Source: Candidatus Moraniibacteriota bacterium
GTDB taxonomy: Bacteria; Patescibacteriota; Minisyncoccia; Moranbacterales; UBA11712
Reading direction: 5' to 3'
DNA: 64,000 nt
NCBI GenBank assembly: GCA_043802865.1
Contig: JAZDKQ010000023.1
Coordinates: 607 to 64,606 of the forward strand
Position 1 is the stretch's first letter. Each line of letters opens with the position of its first letter. Positions 1 through 10,223 of the stretch are shown in pieces. Below the pieces are notes generated by a model. That model was given only the letters and a program-made list of their open reading frames with translations. It was not told the DNA's origin and did not search any database. The position numbers were made by a program, and so were the translations under genes.

Positions 1-2
1 CG

Positions 3-431
3 AAAAAAAACGATTTACGGGTTTTGGTGATCGCGGCTGAAAACAGTTTGAGCGCGCCGGAGGAAATCAAGCGGGCAATTTGGAAAAAATATCCCGGATT
101 GTCGGCAAAATCAGAATATTTTTCAAGTAGCCAAGACTTCTTCAAAAATGGTATAATAGAGGAGGCCGAAATAATTTTTGTCAATTTCGGCGCGCCGGAA
201 CAGGAAAAATTCATATTCGAAAATCGTGAAAAATTTCCAAACGCGAAGATCCTTATCGGAGTAGGGGGTGCTTTTGATTTCCTCACGGGAAAAATCAAGC
301 GCGCGCCGAGTTTTTTGCGAGGCCTTGGCCTTGAGTGGCTCTGGAGAGTGATCCAGGAGCCGAAAAGGATCAAGCGAATTTGGAACGCAGTGGTGGTATT
401 TTCAGTGCTCTCTCTCACAAGAAAAAAATAA
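3..431 (+). CDS. WecB/TagA/CpsF family glycosyltransferase (5' end outside window)
   Basis: Frame is open from the window edge; motifs FGAPEQE, GVGGAFD, RAP..GLEWLWR...EPKR. Confidence 0.9.
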   Translation, partial: KKNDLRVLVIAAENSLSAPEEIKRAIWKKYPGLSAKSEYFSSSQDFFKNGIIEEAEIIFVNFGAPEQEKFIFENREKFPNAKILIGVGGAFDFLTGKIKRAPSFLRGLGLEWLWRVIQEPKRIKRIWNAVVVFSVLSLTRKK

Positions 432-442
432 TCAAAAAATCA

Positions 443-934
443 ATGAACAAAAGACTCATCATTTTGATAAGTTCGATTGTGATCGCTGCCGGTTCTTTTT
501 GGGGGATCACGCAAATCAGCTGGAGCTCGTCGGCGGGCAATGTCGTGTATGCTTTCTTGGCAATATTTTTTCTTGGTATGCTTGTTTCGAATCAACAATA
601 CGAAGAGGACATTTTTTCAAAAATAGAAAGAACCGTGAGCGCGTTCCTGCTTTCATATACAGTGTTTTTTTATTTCCTTTACGCGCCGTTGAGCCAATAT
701 TTTTTCGGAACACTGATCACGAAAACTTCTTTCATGGCGGATCTTTTGTCGCTGATTCTTTTTATGATATTCTTTTTTCTGTTCGGAACAATTTTCCTCG
801 TCATCAGCAGGTTTGCCCGTGTGGGATTGTTTTCAAGCTGGCGATTTTTCAATAACGCAATAGTGTTTTTTGTCTCGAGAATTTTGTTCATCCCCGCGGT
901 CGGAATTTTTGTTTTGTTTTTTCGATGGAAATAA
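443..934 (+). CDS. hypothetical multi-pass membrane protein
   Basis: ATG at 443 chosen; about 5 hydrophobic segments. Confidence 0.7.
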   Translation: MNKRLIILISSIVIAAGSFWGITQISWSSSAGNVVYAFLAIFFLGMLVSNQQYEEDIFSKIERTVSAFLLSYTVFFYFLYAPLSQYFFGTLITKTSFMADLLSLILFMIFFFLFGTIFLVISRFARVGLFSSWRFFNNAIVFFVSRILFIPAVGIFVLFFRWK

Positions 935-948
935 TTTTATCCAAATTT

Positions 949-2427
949 ATGAATTCAAAATCCCGGGTGCGGTTTGCGCCTAGTCCAACCGGATATTTGC
1001 ATATTGGAGGCCTTCGAACGGCGCTCTACAATTTTCTTTATGCCAAAAAAACAAAAGGCGAATATTTTTTGCGCATTGAGGACACGGACCAGAAAAGATT
1101 TGTTCCGGGAGCGATCGAAAAATTGCTTGAATCTTTGAAATGGGCGGGACTCATGCACGGCGAAGGTGTTTTGCTCGATAAATCGGGAAATATCGCCGAA
1201 AAAGGCGAATTTGGGCCGTATATTCAATCAAAACGGGTTGAAATATACCAAAAATACGCCTATGAATTAGTAAAAGAGGGGAAAGCCTATTATTGCTTCT
1301 GCGCGCCGGAACGGCTTGATTCTTTGCGCGCTGTTCAGGAAAAAGCCAAGCTCGCTCCGGCTTATGATAAATTATGCTTAAAAACGCTAGCATTGGAAGA
1401 CGCGAAAAAAAGAATTGCAAGCGGCGAAAAATATGTGATTCGTTTTGATGTTCCCGAAACGGGGGAAACGGAATTCGAAGACGCGGTACGCGGGAAAATG
1501 AAGTTTGTGAACAAAAATCTCGATGATTATGTCTTGCTCAAATCCGATGGTTTTCCGACGTACCATCTGGCGCACGTTATTGATGACTATCTAATGCAAA
1601 CGACACTTGTAATTAGAGGAGAGGAGTGGCTGCCAAGCACGCCCAAACATATTCTTCTTTTTGAGGCTTTTGGCTGGGAGGCGCCGCAGTATGCGCATCT
1701 CTCGACGATTCTCAACAAAGATACGAAAAAGAAATTGTCCAAGCGCGACGGGGACGCAAGCGTGGAGGATTTTAGGGCGAAGGGATATCTTCCGGAAGCA
1801 GTTGTCAATTTCATCGCGCTTCTCGGCTGGAATCCGAAAACGGAGAAAGAAATATTCACTCTTTCTGAGCTTGCGGAAGAATTTGACGTGGCGAAACTCA
1901 ACAAGGCCGGGGCGATCTTTGACCTCGAAAAGCTGGATTGGATGAACGGTCTCTATATTCGTGAAAAAGAAATAAAAGAACTCGCGGATTTGTGCCGGCC
2001 ATATCTTGAGAAATATGAAGAGAATTTGACCGATGAATATCTTGAAAAAATAGTAATCGTCGAAAGAGAAAGGATGAAGAAGCTATCGGATATTGCGGAA
2101 AATACGGAGTTTTATTTTTCTGTGCCGGTCAGCGACGCAAAAATATTGAAATGGAAAGATATGACCGACGATGATCTGCAGGAGTCGCTAAATAAATCTC
2201 TGGAAATAGTCGCAAGCGTTGCCGAGAATGACTGGGTATTGGATAATATAAAAAATAAACTGATGGCCGTGGCTGATCCAAAGAACAGGGGAGAGTTGCT
2301 TTGGCCACTCCGCGTCGCTTTGACCGGAAAAGAAAAAAGCCCGTCGCCATGGGAGGTCGCTTGGGCGATAGGCAAGGAAGAGAGTATTAAGAGAATCAAT
2401 ACAGCGATCGAATTGTCGCAATCTTAA
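949..2427 (+). CDS. gltX: glutamate--tRNA ligase
   Basis: RVRFAPSPTGYLHIGG (HIGH), LRIEDTD, KLSKR (KMSKS) motifs. Confidence 0.97.
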   Translation: MNSKSRVRFAPSPTGYLHIGGLRTALYNFLYAKKTKGEYFLRIEDTDQKRFVPGAIEKLLESLKWAGLMHGEGVLLDKSGNIAEKGEFGPYIQSKRVEIYQKYAYELVKEGKAYYCFCAPERLDSLRAVQEKAKLAPAYDKLCLKTLALEDAKKRIASGEKYVIRFDVPETGETEFEDAVRGKMKFVNKNLDDYVLLKSDGFPTYHLAHVIDDYLMQTTLVIRGEEWLPSTPKHILLFEAFGWEAPQYAHLSTILNKDTKKKLSKRDGDASVEDFRAKGYLPEAVVNFIALLGWNPKTEKEIFTLSELAEEFDVAKLNKAGAIFDLEKLDWMNGLYIREKEIKELADLCRPYLEKYEENLTDEYLEKIVIVERERMKKLSDIAENTEFYFSVPVSDAKILKWKDMTDDDLQESLNKSLEIVASVAENDWVLDNIKNKLMAVADPKNRGELLWPLRVALTGKEKSPSPWEVAWAIGKEESIKRINTAIELSQS

Positions 2428-2432
2428 AAAAA

Positions 2433-3803
2433 ATGGAGAATACAAAATACAAAATACAAAATACAAAATACTGGCATCGTTATGCGACGACTTTTGCATA
2501 TGTTTTTTGTATCATGATTGTCGGAGGCTATCTTATAAAACAAGCTTTTGCCCAAAATATCCCAAGCAATAGTGGCGCGACCAACCCTGCGACCACAAAC
2601 GCGGCTGACCAGCAAGTGATTCAGGGCAAGCAGGAGCAAATTGAGGATCTTGAGCAGAAAGCGGAGAATTATCGCCAGATGATCGAATTGAACCAAAGCA
2701 AAGCCCAGACGCTTGGAAATCAGATAAAGCTGATGGAAGGGCAAATCTCCTCGCTTGAGCGCGATGTAGCTGATATGCAGCAGAAAATCGATTCCACCAA
2801 GCAAGACATTGACTCACTCTCAACGCAAATCGAGACAAAGAAAAAAGATATTGAGGGGCAAAAAATTGTCTTGGGGCAGCTGCTCCAGGCCTATTATGAA
2901 AATGATCAGGATACCCTTACAGAAATGCTTCTCAAAAACTCGAGCTTTTCCGAATTTATGAATCAAACGGAATATATTTCCCAAACCGGATCAAAAGTTG
3001 ATGAGGTTTTGAGCTCCATCACGGACGCGAAGAATACTCTAGAAGGCGCAAAAAAACAGCTTGAATCGAAAAACGAACAGCAAAAAGAACAAAGAGGAAA
3101 CATAACCCAGAAGAAAGTGGCGCTTGACGGAGAACAAGCATCAAAAGAGCAATTGCTGGCCGATACAAACGGAGAGGAACAAAAATACCAACAGCTTCTT
3201 CAACGGGTTGAAGAGCAAAAGCGGGGTCTTTTGGGTGATATCGATGAATTGAGCCAACAAAAAAGCTCCGATCTTGCGGCCGTTGAAGCGACACTCAAAA
3301 AACCAAAAAGCGGACTTGCTTCCACAAGTTGGTATTTCAATCAGCGTGATTCCCGCTGGGGCGATCAGAGTATCGGATTTTCAAACACTTTAATGAAAAG
3401 CTACGGTTGCGCGGTGACGGCGGTGGCAATGGTCTTTAGCTATCACGGGGAAAATATCAATCCGGGAACGCTTGCCAAACAGCCGATCTTTTCGCATGAT
3501 CTCATCGTCTGGCCGAAATCATGGAAAGGGACAACTCTTGTTTCTTCGACGGGACATGGAAACATTGATTGGAACGTTGTCAATGAAGAAATAAAAAACA
3601 AAAATCCGGTGATTGTTTTTGTGAAAGCCACAAAGAGGGGAGCGGGGCACTATGTGGTGGTTCATGCCAAAGACAAAAACGGGGATTATGTCGTCCATGA
3701 TCCATATTGGGGAGCGAATATTTTCCTCAGCTCAACAAAAGCCTATGTCGGCGCGCTATACGGCAGCGGCGTCGTGGTTGACCAGATGATAATTTATCAT
3801 TAG
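2433..3803 (+). CDS. secreted coiled-coil protein with C-terminal C39-like cysteine peptidase (putative wall hydrolase)
   Basis: N-terminal TM/signal, long coiled coil, then Q.D.RW, GCAVT (Cys), GHYVV (His), HDP (Asp). Confidence 0.8.
   Translation: MENTKYKIQNTKYWHRYATTFAYVFCIMIVGGYLIKQAFAQNIPSNSGATNPATTNAADQQVIQGKQEQIEDLEQKAENYRQMIELNQSKAQTLGNQIKLMEGQISSLERDVADMQQKIDSTKQDIDSLSTQIETKKKDIEGQKIVLGQLLQAYYENDQDTLTEMLLKNSSFSEFMNQTEYISQTGSKVDEVLSSITDAKNTLEGAKKQLESKNEQQKEQRGNITQKKVALDGEQASKEQLLADTNGEEQKYQQLLQRVEEQKRGLLGDIDELSQQKSSDLAAVEATLKKPKSGLASTSWYFNQRDSRWGDQSIGFSNTLMKSYGCAVTAVAMVFSYHGENINPGTLAKQPIFSHDLIVWPKSWKGTTLVSSTGHGNIDWNVVNEEIKNKNPVIVFVKATKRGAGHYVVVHAKDKNGDYVVHDPYWGANIFLSSTKAYVGALYGSGVVVDQMIIYH
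2437..2471 (+). repeat. heptamer tandem repeat (AAAATAC) x5 at ORF start
   Basis: Seen directly; encodes NTKYKIQNTKY. Confidence 0.9.
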
Positions 3804-3823
3804 AAAATTATTTTTAATTTTTC

Positions 3824-3997
3824 TTTTTGTTGGCGACGGATCTGAAATTCGTCGGTGTGGAACAAGAGGAGACGGAATACATCGATCCGATTGAGATCGG
3901 GATCAAACAAGCATACAAGATGGTCGAGGAGAACAAAATAATCGATGGGATGACAATTGCAGCTTTATTTCCAGCAAGAGAGAAACTTCTCAAATAG
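3824..3997 (+). pseudogene. C-terminal remnant of a NUDIX hydrolase
   Basis: Manual translation FLLATDLKFVGVEQEETEYIDPIEIGIKQAYKMVEENKIIDGMTIAALF..* resembles ADP-ribose pyrophosphatase C-termini; no N-terminus or NUDIX box. Confidence 0.6.
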
Positions 3998-4030
3998 GTT
4001 TATGCGATAGCGTAGCTGTCGCATAACCTA
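3995..4030. repeat. palindrome/hairpin
   Basis: TAGGTTTATGCGATAGC-GTA-GCTGTCGCATAACCTA. Confidence 0.75.
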
Positions 4031-4124
4031 CATTGTGCGACGTTGCATATCAACCTCAACCTCTACTTCCCTCCCGAAAATATTGGGGAAATTGAATAAA
4101 AGAAAAACCTATTTTTTTTATAAC

Positions 4125-4160
4125 AAAAGCCCCCCGCTCTATCTTGGCGGGGGCTCTGTT
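4125..4160. terminator. intrinsic terminator between convergent genes
   Basis: GC stem GCCCCCCGC..GCGGGGGC with an upstream A tract, i.e. a U tract on the - strand after iscU. Confidence 0.65.
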
Positions 4161-4189
4161 ATATCTGTAAGCGTATATATAGCGATAAA

Positions 4190-4630
4190 TTATTTTTTCT
4201 TTTTCTTGGCTGAGTTCGTTTTTCTGGTCTTCTCCGGCAACATGGATCCCTTTTTGGCTTTGGACCTATAATCCTCGATTGCCCGCTTCAAGGCGCTCTC
4301 TGCGAGGTTTGAGCAGTGCATTTTCAAGGGTGGAAGCCCCTCAAGCTTGTCAGCGACATCCTGGCGCGAAATCTTGAAAGCGTCGTCCAGACTTTTTCCT
4401 TTGGCCATTTCCGTCACCATGGATGATGTCGCGATTGCCGCGGCGCAGCCCAGAGTCTCAAACTTTATATCAGAAATAATTTCCTTATCTTTTGTTTTTT
4501 TGACTTTGATATAAACCGTCATGATGTCGCCGCATCTCGGATTTCCGACCGTGCCAAAACCATCCGGGTTTTTCATCGATCCCTGATTCTTCGGCTTCAT
4601 GAAATATTTGAGAACTTTTTTTGAATACAT
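4190..4630 (-). CDS. iscU: Fe-S cluster scaffold IscU/NifU
   Basis: GNPRCGD, GCAAAIA, KMHCSNL. Confidence 0.95.
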   Translation of the reverse strand: MYSKKVLKYFMKPKNQGSMKNPDGFGTVGNPRCGDIMTVYIKVKKTKDKEIISDIKFETLGCAAAIATSSMVTEMAKGKSLDDAFKISRQDVADKLEGLPPLKMHCSNLAESALKRAIEDYRSKAKKGSMLPEKTRKTNSAKKKKK

Positions 4631-4641
4631 ATGTTGGTAGC

Positions 4642-4730
4642 TAGCATTTAGTATCTGGTATTTAGCATATCGTTTTTAAAATAAATTTAAAAAATACTAA
4701 ATACTAAATACAAGATACCAGATACTAAAT
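4642..4730. repeat. inverted pair of degenerate heptamer arrays (TAGTATT-like / AATACTA-like)
   Basis: About 4 units then 5 complementary units between iscS and iscU. Confidence 0.8.
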
Positions 4731-5927
4731 TTATTTCCCTGCGATTTTGCGAAGCCTTGCAGCAACGGCTTTCAGTGTATCAACGAAAAGATCAACTTCT
4801 TGCTTGGTCGTATATTTTCCAAGTGTCACGCGTAAGCTGCCGTGACTTTCTTCTTCGCCGAGGCCAATGGCGAGCAAAACATGAGACGGGCGAAGGTCGT
4901 TTGACGAGCAGGCGCTTCCGGTCGAGACGGCAATGCCGGCAAGGTCGAGTCCCAAAAGCATCCCCTCGCCTTCCACGTCTTTGATGATGAAATTGGCGTT
5001 GTTGGGAATTCTTTTTATTTTTGATCCATTGAGACGCGCGCCTTTGATTTCTTTCAGCACGCGAACGATCATATGATCTTGCAATTTTTCGACGATCTTG
5101 TGATTCCGCGCTCTTTCATATTCTGCAAGTTCGAGAGCGGCTCCAAAGCCGACGATTCCGGGGACATTGAGCGTTCCCGCGCGCCATCCTGCTTCGTGAT
5201 CTCCGCCGTCTTGAATTCTTTTCAGGGGCGTGTTTTTCCGGATGAAAAGCAATCCAACGCCTTTCGGCCCATATATTTTGTGCGCCGAGGCGGTGAGAAG
5301 ATCCATTCCTAAATTGTTCACGTGGCAGTCGAGATAGTTCACCGCTTGCACCGCGTCGGTGTGAAAAAGAATTTTCGTCTCGCGGTTTCTGTTTTCTTTG
5401 GCGATCAGTTTTCCGATTTCCTTGATGGGTTGGATCGTGCCGATCTCGTTGTTGGCATACATAATGGAAACGAGGGCCGTGTTTTTTTGGATTGATTTTT
5501 TTACGTCGTTCATATTGACTACGCCTTTTTTTCCGATGGGCAAATAGGCCACTTCTGCCATCCCCTGCTCTTTAAGCTTTTTGCACGATGCGAGAACGCA
5601 GGAATGTTCGAATGCCGTCGTCACGATATGCGGTTTAATCTTTTTTTCGCTGAAGTGTGAAATGAGGGCGATGATCGCGCCTTTCAGGGCAAGATTGTTG
5701 CTTTCCGTCGCGCCCGAGGTGAAGACAATCTCTCCCGGTTCGCATCCGAAAAAATCCGCAGCTTGTTTCCGAGCTTTTTTCACAGCCTCAGTCGCCTCTC
5801 GCCCGAAGGAATGCAATGATGATGGATTGCCGAATTTTTGGGAGAAAAAAGGTTTCATCGCAGCAAAAACCCGCGGATCAACGGGTGTGGTGGACGCATA
5901 ATCAAGATATATTTTTCGTTTTGCCAT
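4731..5927 (-). CDS. iscS: cysteine desulfurase IscS/NifS
   Basis: IYLDYASTTP, HTDAVQA, SAHKIYGPKG (PLP Lys), STGSACSS. Confidence 0.96.
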   Translation of the reverse strand: MAKRKIYLDYASTTPVDPRVFAAMKPFFSQKFGNPSSLHSFGREATEAVKKARKQAADFFGCEPGEIVFTSGATESNNLALKGAIIALISHFSEKKIKPHIVTTAFEHSCVLASCKKLKEQGMAEVAYLPIGKKGVVNMNDVKKSIQKNTALVSIMYANNEIGTIQPIKEIGKLIAKENRNRETKILFHTDAVQAVNYLDCHVNNLGMDLLTASAHKIYGPKGVGLLFIRKNTPLKRIQDGGDHEAGWRAGTLNVPGIVGFGAALELAEYERARNHKIVEKLQDHMIVRVLKEIKGARLNGSKIKRIPNNANFIIKDVEGEGMLLGLDLAGIAVSTGSACSSNDLRPSHVLLAIGLGEEESHGSLRVTLGKYTTKQEVDLFVDTLKAVAARLRKIAGK

Positions 5928-5979
5928 ATGGTATAATACTAGGCTCTGCCGCGCTTTCTTGCAAGTTTTGCAATGCAAT

Positions 5980-6354
5980 TCAGCCGCCGGCTTTTTGCGC
6001 TCCCTTCTCATCCGAGCCGAAATGATGGGCGATTTCATGTCGGACAGTGCTGAAAATTTGTTTTTTGAGCGCTTCTTCCGTCCGACAAAGGCTTTCTATG
6101 GGTTTTTTGAATATGGTGATTCGGTCCGGAAAAACTGGTCCGACATTAAGCCTCTTTGATTGATGGTAGCCTTCATAGAGCCCGAGAAGCAAAATGTTTT
6201 TTCTTCCCTGCAGCCGCGCTTTTTTGAGTTGCTCTCTGGTCGGCTGATCTTCAACAAAAAAGGCCAGATTGTGAATCCTTTCCCAAAAATTTTCCGGCAC
6301 GCCTTCAATGGCCTCGGCCACCCATTTTTCGAATTGTTTTTTGGAGACCCGCAT
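5980..6354 (-). CDS. zincin-like metallopeptidase (DUF1025-like)
   Basis: LLGLYEG, PDRITIF, HEIAHHFG. Confidence 0.85.
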   Translation of the reverse strand: MRVSKKQFEKWVAEAIEGVPENFWERIHNLAFFVEDQPTREQLKKARLQGRKNILLLGLYEGYHQSKRLNVGPVFPDRITIFKKPIESLCRTEEALKKQIFSTVRHEIAHHFGSDEKGAQKAGG

Positions 6355-6479
6355 ACTTATTGAAAATTGTTTCCAATTATCTCCGCCGGAATTCAACCTT
6401 AGGAACGGTTGGAGACTTCTCTCTACACAGAATTAGGGAGTTTTGGCTTATTCCTAAAATTGAAACTATACTTCGGAAA

Positions 6480-7184
6480 TCAAAACTTGGTTTTTTCATC
6501 GGTTGAAATTTCTTTTCCGTACGCATTCTCAACTTCCCGGCTGACTTCGTCTTCAGCCCGATGAAACTTGAGAAGTGAAAAAATCACAAGTCCCCCGATT
6601 ATGATTCCGAAGCTGTTTAAAAGAAAAACAAAAAGATAAAAGCGCGTAATATCCGGATTGAGGGCGCTCAATCCGATGCCCACCAAACACAATGGAGGAA
6701 CGACGGAAACAGAAACGGCCACTCCGGGAAGAATGTCTGAGATATCTTTTTTGGTCCAGGCGAATGACGCGGCAGCGCCGGAAGCCAAAGCTACGACGAA
6801 ATAGAGCAAAGCAGTGCGGGCGGTATTTTCAAAGACAAAACCGGCCGATGGATGTCCGAAAAAAATCGCCAAAACGAGACCGCTGGCGACGATGATCAGA
6901 AAAGATTTGAGAAGAAAAAGACTGACCTGGCGAATAAGCGCTATTTTCCCGACTGCAATGCCGAGAGCGATGCAAATAAGCGGGGTGAGTACTGGAGTGA
7001 TGACCATTCCGCCGATAATAATAGCTGAATTACCAAGCAATATTCCGCTTCCGATGACTAGGGAGGAAAGGATAAGCATTAGATAATAGGAAAAACTGGC
7101 CTGGCTGCGTTCAATCAGCTCATCAACCGTGTCATACTGCTCGCTTCGAAGCAGACGGGATCCTTTGTTGTTTTTTTCGTTCAT
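6480..7184 (-). CDS. DUF389 family membrane protein
   Basis: IIGGMVITP, LPGVAVSVSVVPPL. Confidence 0.85.
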   Translation of the reverse strand: MNEKNNKGSRLLRSEQYDTVDELIERSQASFSYYLMLILSSLVIGSGILLGNSAIIIGGMVITPVLTPLICIALGIAVGKIALIRQVSLFLLKSFLIIVASGLVLAIFFGHPSAGFVFENTARTALLYFVVALASGAAASFAWTKKDISDILPGVAVSVSVVPPLCLVGIGLSALNPDITRFYLFVFLLNSFGIIIGGLVIFSLLKFHRAEDEVSREVENAYGKEISTDEKTKF

Positions 7185-7242
7185 AATGAAATTATACTAT
7201 AAAAAATTATTTCGATAAAGCAACGCGAAAAAAAGAAAAGCA

Positions 7243-7509
7243 CTATTTTCCTGATATTGAATACTTGAAAGAATTAAGCAGCTCCATTTTTTCAGATTTC
7301 TTCAGCTTTTTGATCCGGGCTTCTTCTTTCGAGGCCGAAGACCGATTTTTGAACTTTCGCGAATATATCAGCTTGACCGGCCGGCGAGTCGAAGTATATT
7401 TCGCGCCCAGTTTCGCGCTGCCGTGCTCAGCGATCCTTCGCGTGAGGTTGGTGGTGATCCCAGTATACAAAGTTTTGTCTGCACATTCAAGGATGTAGAG
7501 ATCATACAT
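7243..7509 (-). CDS. small GIY-YIG nuclease (UPF0213-like)
   Basis: LYILEC.D.TLYTGIT..L.RR..EH..GAKYT..RRPV. Confidence 0.92.
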   Translation of the reverse strand: MYDLYILECADKTLYTGITTNLTRRIAEHGSAKLGAKYTSTRRPVKLIYSRKFKNRSSASKEEARIKKLKKSEKMELLNSFKYSISGK

Positions 7510-7535
7510 TTTTTTGAGATGCATGCAACGCATGA

Positions 7536-7643
7536 TTAAATTTCCGTATAGTCCGCGCCGAGATGTTGCAGGGAGTAGAATGTCTTCTCGCCGAACCTAT
7601 ATCCCCGCTTGAGCCTGTTCCAATTTTTCAAAGGAGATTGCAT
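7536..7643 (-). pseudogene. short fragment resembling an M23 peptidase N-terminus
   Basis: Manual translation MQSPLKNWNRLKRGYRFGEKTFYSLQHLGADYTEI*; HxGxD-like motif followed by a stop. Confidence 0.4.
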
Positions 7644-7682
7644 GTTGTTTTGAGGCCATGTCTTGGTAGAGATCAGTTGTTA

Positions 7683-7731
7683 CATAACACATCTATTCCT
7701 AAAGTTAAATTTTAGGAATAGATGTGTTATG
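7683..7731. repeat. perfect 21-bp-arm inverted repeat
   Basis: CATAACACATCTATTCCTAAA-GTTAAAT-TTTAGGAATAGATGTGTTATG. Confidence 0.9.
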
Positions 7732-7735
7732 CCTG

Positions 7736-8437
7736 CTAGATATTTAAATTTTTGATCTTTTCGTACTGGTCGAACAAAAAATTAATCACTTCTTCATCTC
7801 CGGGTTGATCGAACTGTTTTTTGAGCTCTTCCTCCGCTTGGTCGCGCGGCTGTGGCGGGATATTTGACGAACCGAAGACCCTGCGGTCAAAAACGTCTAT
7901 CATCGCCAAGAGTCTCGCGTTGTCGACATCAATATCTTCTATATTCTCTATAAGCTTCAAAACAGACGCTTTCGTATCTGGATAAGGCTGTTCCTGAAAT
8001 TCGTGATGGATCAGAATCGGATTATAAACTCTGGGACTTCTTTTCTCCTGTTTCAAATGTGCATATCCTTGGATTGAGTGTTTTCTCACCACTTCAAAGT
8101 CCTTTGCGCTGAATTTTCCAAAAGGTCTGGCGAGATATTTTTGGGGAAGTTGTATTTTTCCTATGTCATGGAGAAGGCAGATTTCCACGAAGAATTTGAT
8201 TTCTTCTTCGGAAAAGTTGCGCTCTTTCGCAAGAAGATAGCCCAAATTGGTCATACGCTGTGAGTGGCGCAGCGTGTCTTTTTTGGCGCTCATTCCCGCC
8301 AGATCTTTTTCTCTTTTTTTCAAAAAATCCTTACTTTCATCATCACCTTCGTTATTAATGATCTCAATAATTGCCCGTACTTCCGGCAAATATATTTTGG
8401 GCTTTGATTTTTCGGGATTGAAATCTTCTAGAGTCAT
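7736..8437 (-). CDS. HD/HD-GYP-like phosphohydrolase
   Basis: HSQRM, LHDIGK, HHE..PYP, IDVFD. Confidence 0.85.
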   Translation of the reverse strand: MTLEDFNPEKSKPKIYLPEVRAIIEIINNEGDDESKDFLKKREKDLAGMSAKKDTLRHSQRMTNLGYLLAKERNFSEEEIKFFVEICLLHDIGKIQLPQKYLARPFGKFSAKDFEVVRKHSIQGYAHLKQEKRSPRVYNPILIHHEFQEQPYPDTKASVLKLIENIEDIDVDNARLLAMIDVFDRRVFGSSNIPPQPRDQAEEELKKQFDQPGDEEVINFLFDQYEKIKNLNI

Positions 8438-8613
8438 AAAAAATCGCAAGTATAAAAAATTTATAATATAGCTATCTACCTTTATTCTACCAAAATATCC
8501 CCTTTTTTACAAACAAAAAAACCGCCGATTTTTTCGGAGGTCTAGCGAAGAATCATTCAACAAAAACCCTTCTCGCTTTTTTGGCGAGAAATAACAAGGG
8601 TTTTCCGTGCTGC

Positions 8614-8868
8614 CTATTCTGTTGCTTTGTAAATCACGGCCCCTTCTTTTGTTGGGCTTTCCAGTTTGATCGCCAACTCGTCGCCTTTCTTTCCCTTTTC
8701 CACCGGCTTGTGGTCGATCTGCATCGAGGCGATCTCCATCGTGAAGTCATTTTCACCCTTCACGATCTTTATTTTTTCCCCGACTGCAAGCTTTCCTGAA
8801 AGTCGTACCACTGCCACCATCGCTTTGTCATAGTAGTGGATTACTTTTCCCACTTCTTGATCTGCCAT
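8614..8868 (-). CDS. small beta-barrel protein (translation-factor domain II-like)
   Basis: VGKVIHYYDK..VAVV.L...L.VG..I...SMQIDH. Confidence 0.75.
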   Translation of the reverse strand: MADQEVGKVIHYYDKAMVAVVRLSGKLAVGEKIKIVKGENDFTMEIASMQIDHKPVEKGKKGDELAIKLESPTKEGAVIYKATE

Positions 8869-9101
8869 AGTTTTGTTGATTAAGGCTTAAATATTAATAA
8901 TTTATTCCAAATCGTACATCAGGTGCGAAGCGGAAAGCATTAGGTCGTCCACTTTCCCCTGCGAGTCGAAGTGATAGGACAAAACCATTTTGTTGTCAGC
9001 GATACCGATGGTATATTTCTTGGCTATATTGTACCAAACTTGCGGCAAAAAGGAAAGGCCGGTAAAATACGTATAGAAGATAGCGATAAAACCTGCATTT
9101 T

Positions 9102-10223
9102 ATGAACACTTCCTATTCGGCTCTCGACACTTTTCTCACCTGTCCGCTGAAATACAAATATTCCCAGATCGACCGGATCAGAACTCCCAAATCCAAGGAG
9201 ATGGTTTTTGGGACGCTGATTCACAATACCCTGAAAGTGATACATGCGCCCGGCATACTTTCCCCCACTCCCGAACAAGCGCTTGATTTTTTCTCGAAAA
9301 ACTGGAACGCGGATGTTTTCGCGGATGATTTCGAAGAGCGGGCGGCTTTTTCGCAGGGCGTGGCTATGATCCAGGACTATTACAAAAAAAACGACCCGGC
9401 GAAGATCAACATCATTGATCTTGAATCGCGTTTTCAGATCGAAGTGGAAGCGAAGGGCGAAAAACATATCGTTTCGGGGATTATTGACCGGATCGACAAA
9501 ACCGAAGACGGATATGAAATCATCGATTACAAAACCACGCGCAAATTGCCGAGTCAGGAAAAAGTGGACAATGATCTCCAGCTTTCGATCTATCTGGCGG
9601 CCTTTTTGAAGCGCTATCCGAAAGAAACTGAGAATCTCGACAAAATCAAGGTTTCGCTGTATTATCTCAAGCACGGCGTGAAATTGAGCTCCCAGAGGTC
9701 GCTCGAGCAGGTCAGACAGAGCGAAGAGTTTATGCTTGATCTCATTGATCAGGTCGGAAAATCAAAGTTCGAGCCGACGCTTTCCGGGCTTTGCGACTGG
9801 TGCGGATATCAAAACCTCTGTCCGATGTGGAAACACAAGTTCAAAAAAGAAGAGCCGGAAGATATTGACAGCGTGAAAATTATCGAAGAATATATCGCTC
9901 TCAAAGAAGAGATCAAGTCAAAAGCTGATCGCATCGGAGAGTTGCAGGAAAAATTGAGTGAATATATGGACAGAGAAGATGTGAATCAGGTTTTTGGAGA
10001 CGCTGGACGAATTTTGCGGACGATCAGAAAAACATATAAATACGACCAAGAAAAACTGCGATCAATTTTGGAACCTTTGGATAAATGGGAATCAGTATTG
10101 AAAGTCGATGGGATTGCGCTCAAAAATATTCTCGGCGTTTTGCCTCTCGGCGCCAGAAAAGAAGCCGAAAAAGCACGGGAAGTTGACAAGGAGAGCAAGA
10201 GTTTTATTGTGAAGAAAGGATGA
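9102..10223 (+). CDS. PD-(D/E)XK nuclease, RecB/AddB-like, with Fe-S cysteines
   Basis: SYS.L..F..CP, G.IDRID, IIDYKT, QL.IY, CDWCGYQNLCP. Confidence 0.9.
   Translation: MNTSYSALDTFLTCPLKYKYSQIDRIRTPKSKEMVFGTLIHNTLKVIHAPGILSPTPEQALDFFSKNWNADVFADDFEERAAFSQGVAMIQDYYKKNDPAKINIIDLESRFQIEVEAKGEKHIVSGIIDRIDKTEDGYEIIDYKTTRKLPSQEKVDNDLQLSIYLAAFLKRYPKETENLDKIKVSLYYLKHGVKLSSQRSLEQVRQSEEFMLDLIDQVGKSKFEPTLSGLCDWCGYQNLCPMWKHKFKKEEPEDIDSVKIIEEYIALKEEIKSKADRIGELQEKLSEYMDREDVNQVFGDAGRILRTIRKTYKYDQEKLRSILEPLDKWESVLKVDGIALKNILGVLPLGARKEAEKAREVDKESKSFIVKKG

Noticed and set aside
8903-9030. Possible - strand C-terminal gene remnant (..YHFDSQGKVDDLMLSASHLMYDLE*)
   Set aside because: No recognisable family; too short to support.
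9102-10223. Cas4-like nuclease suggesting CRISPR-Cas
   Set aside because: No cas1/cas2 and no repeat-spacer array; standalone PD-(D/E)XK nucleases are common.
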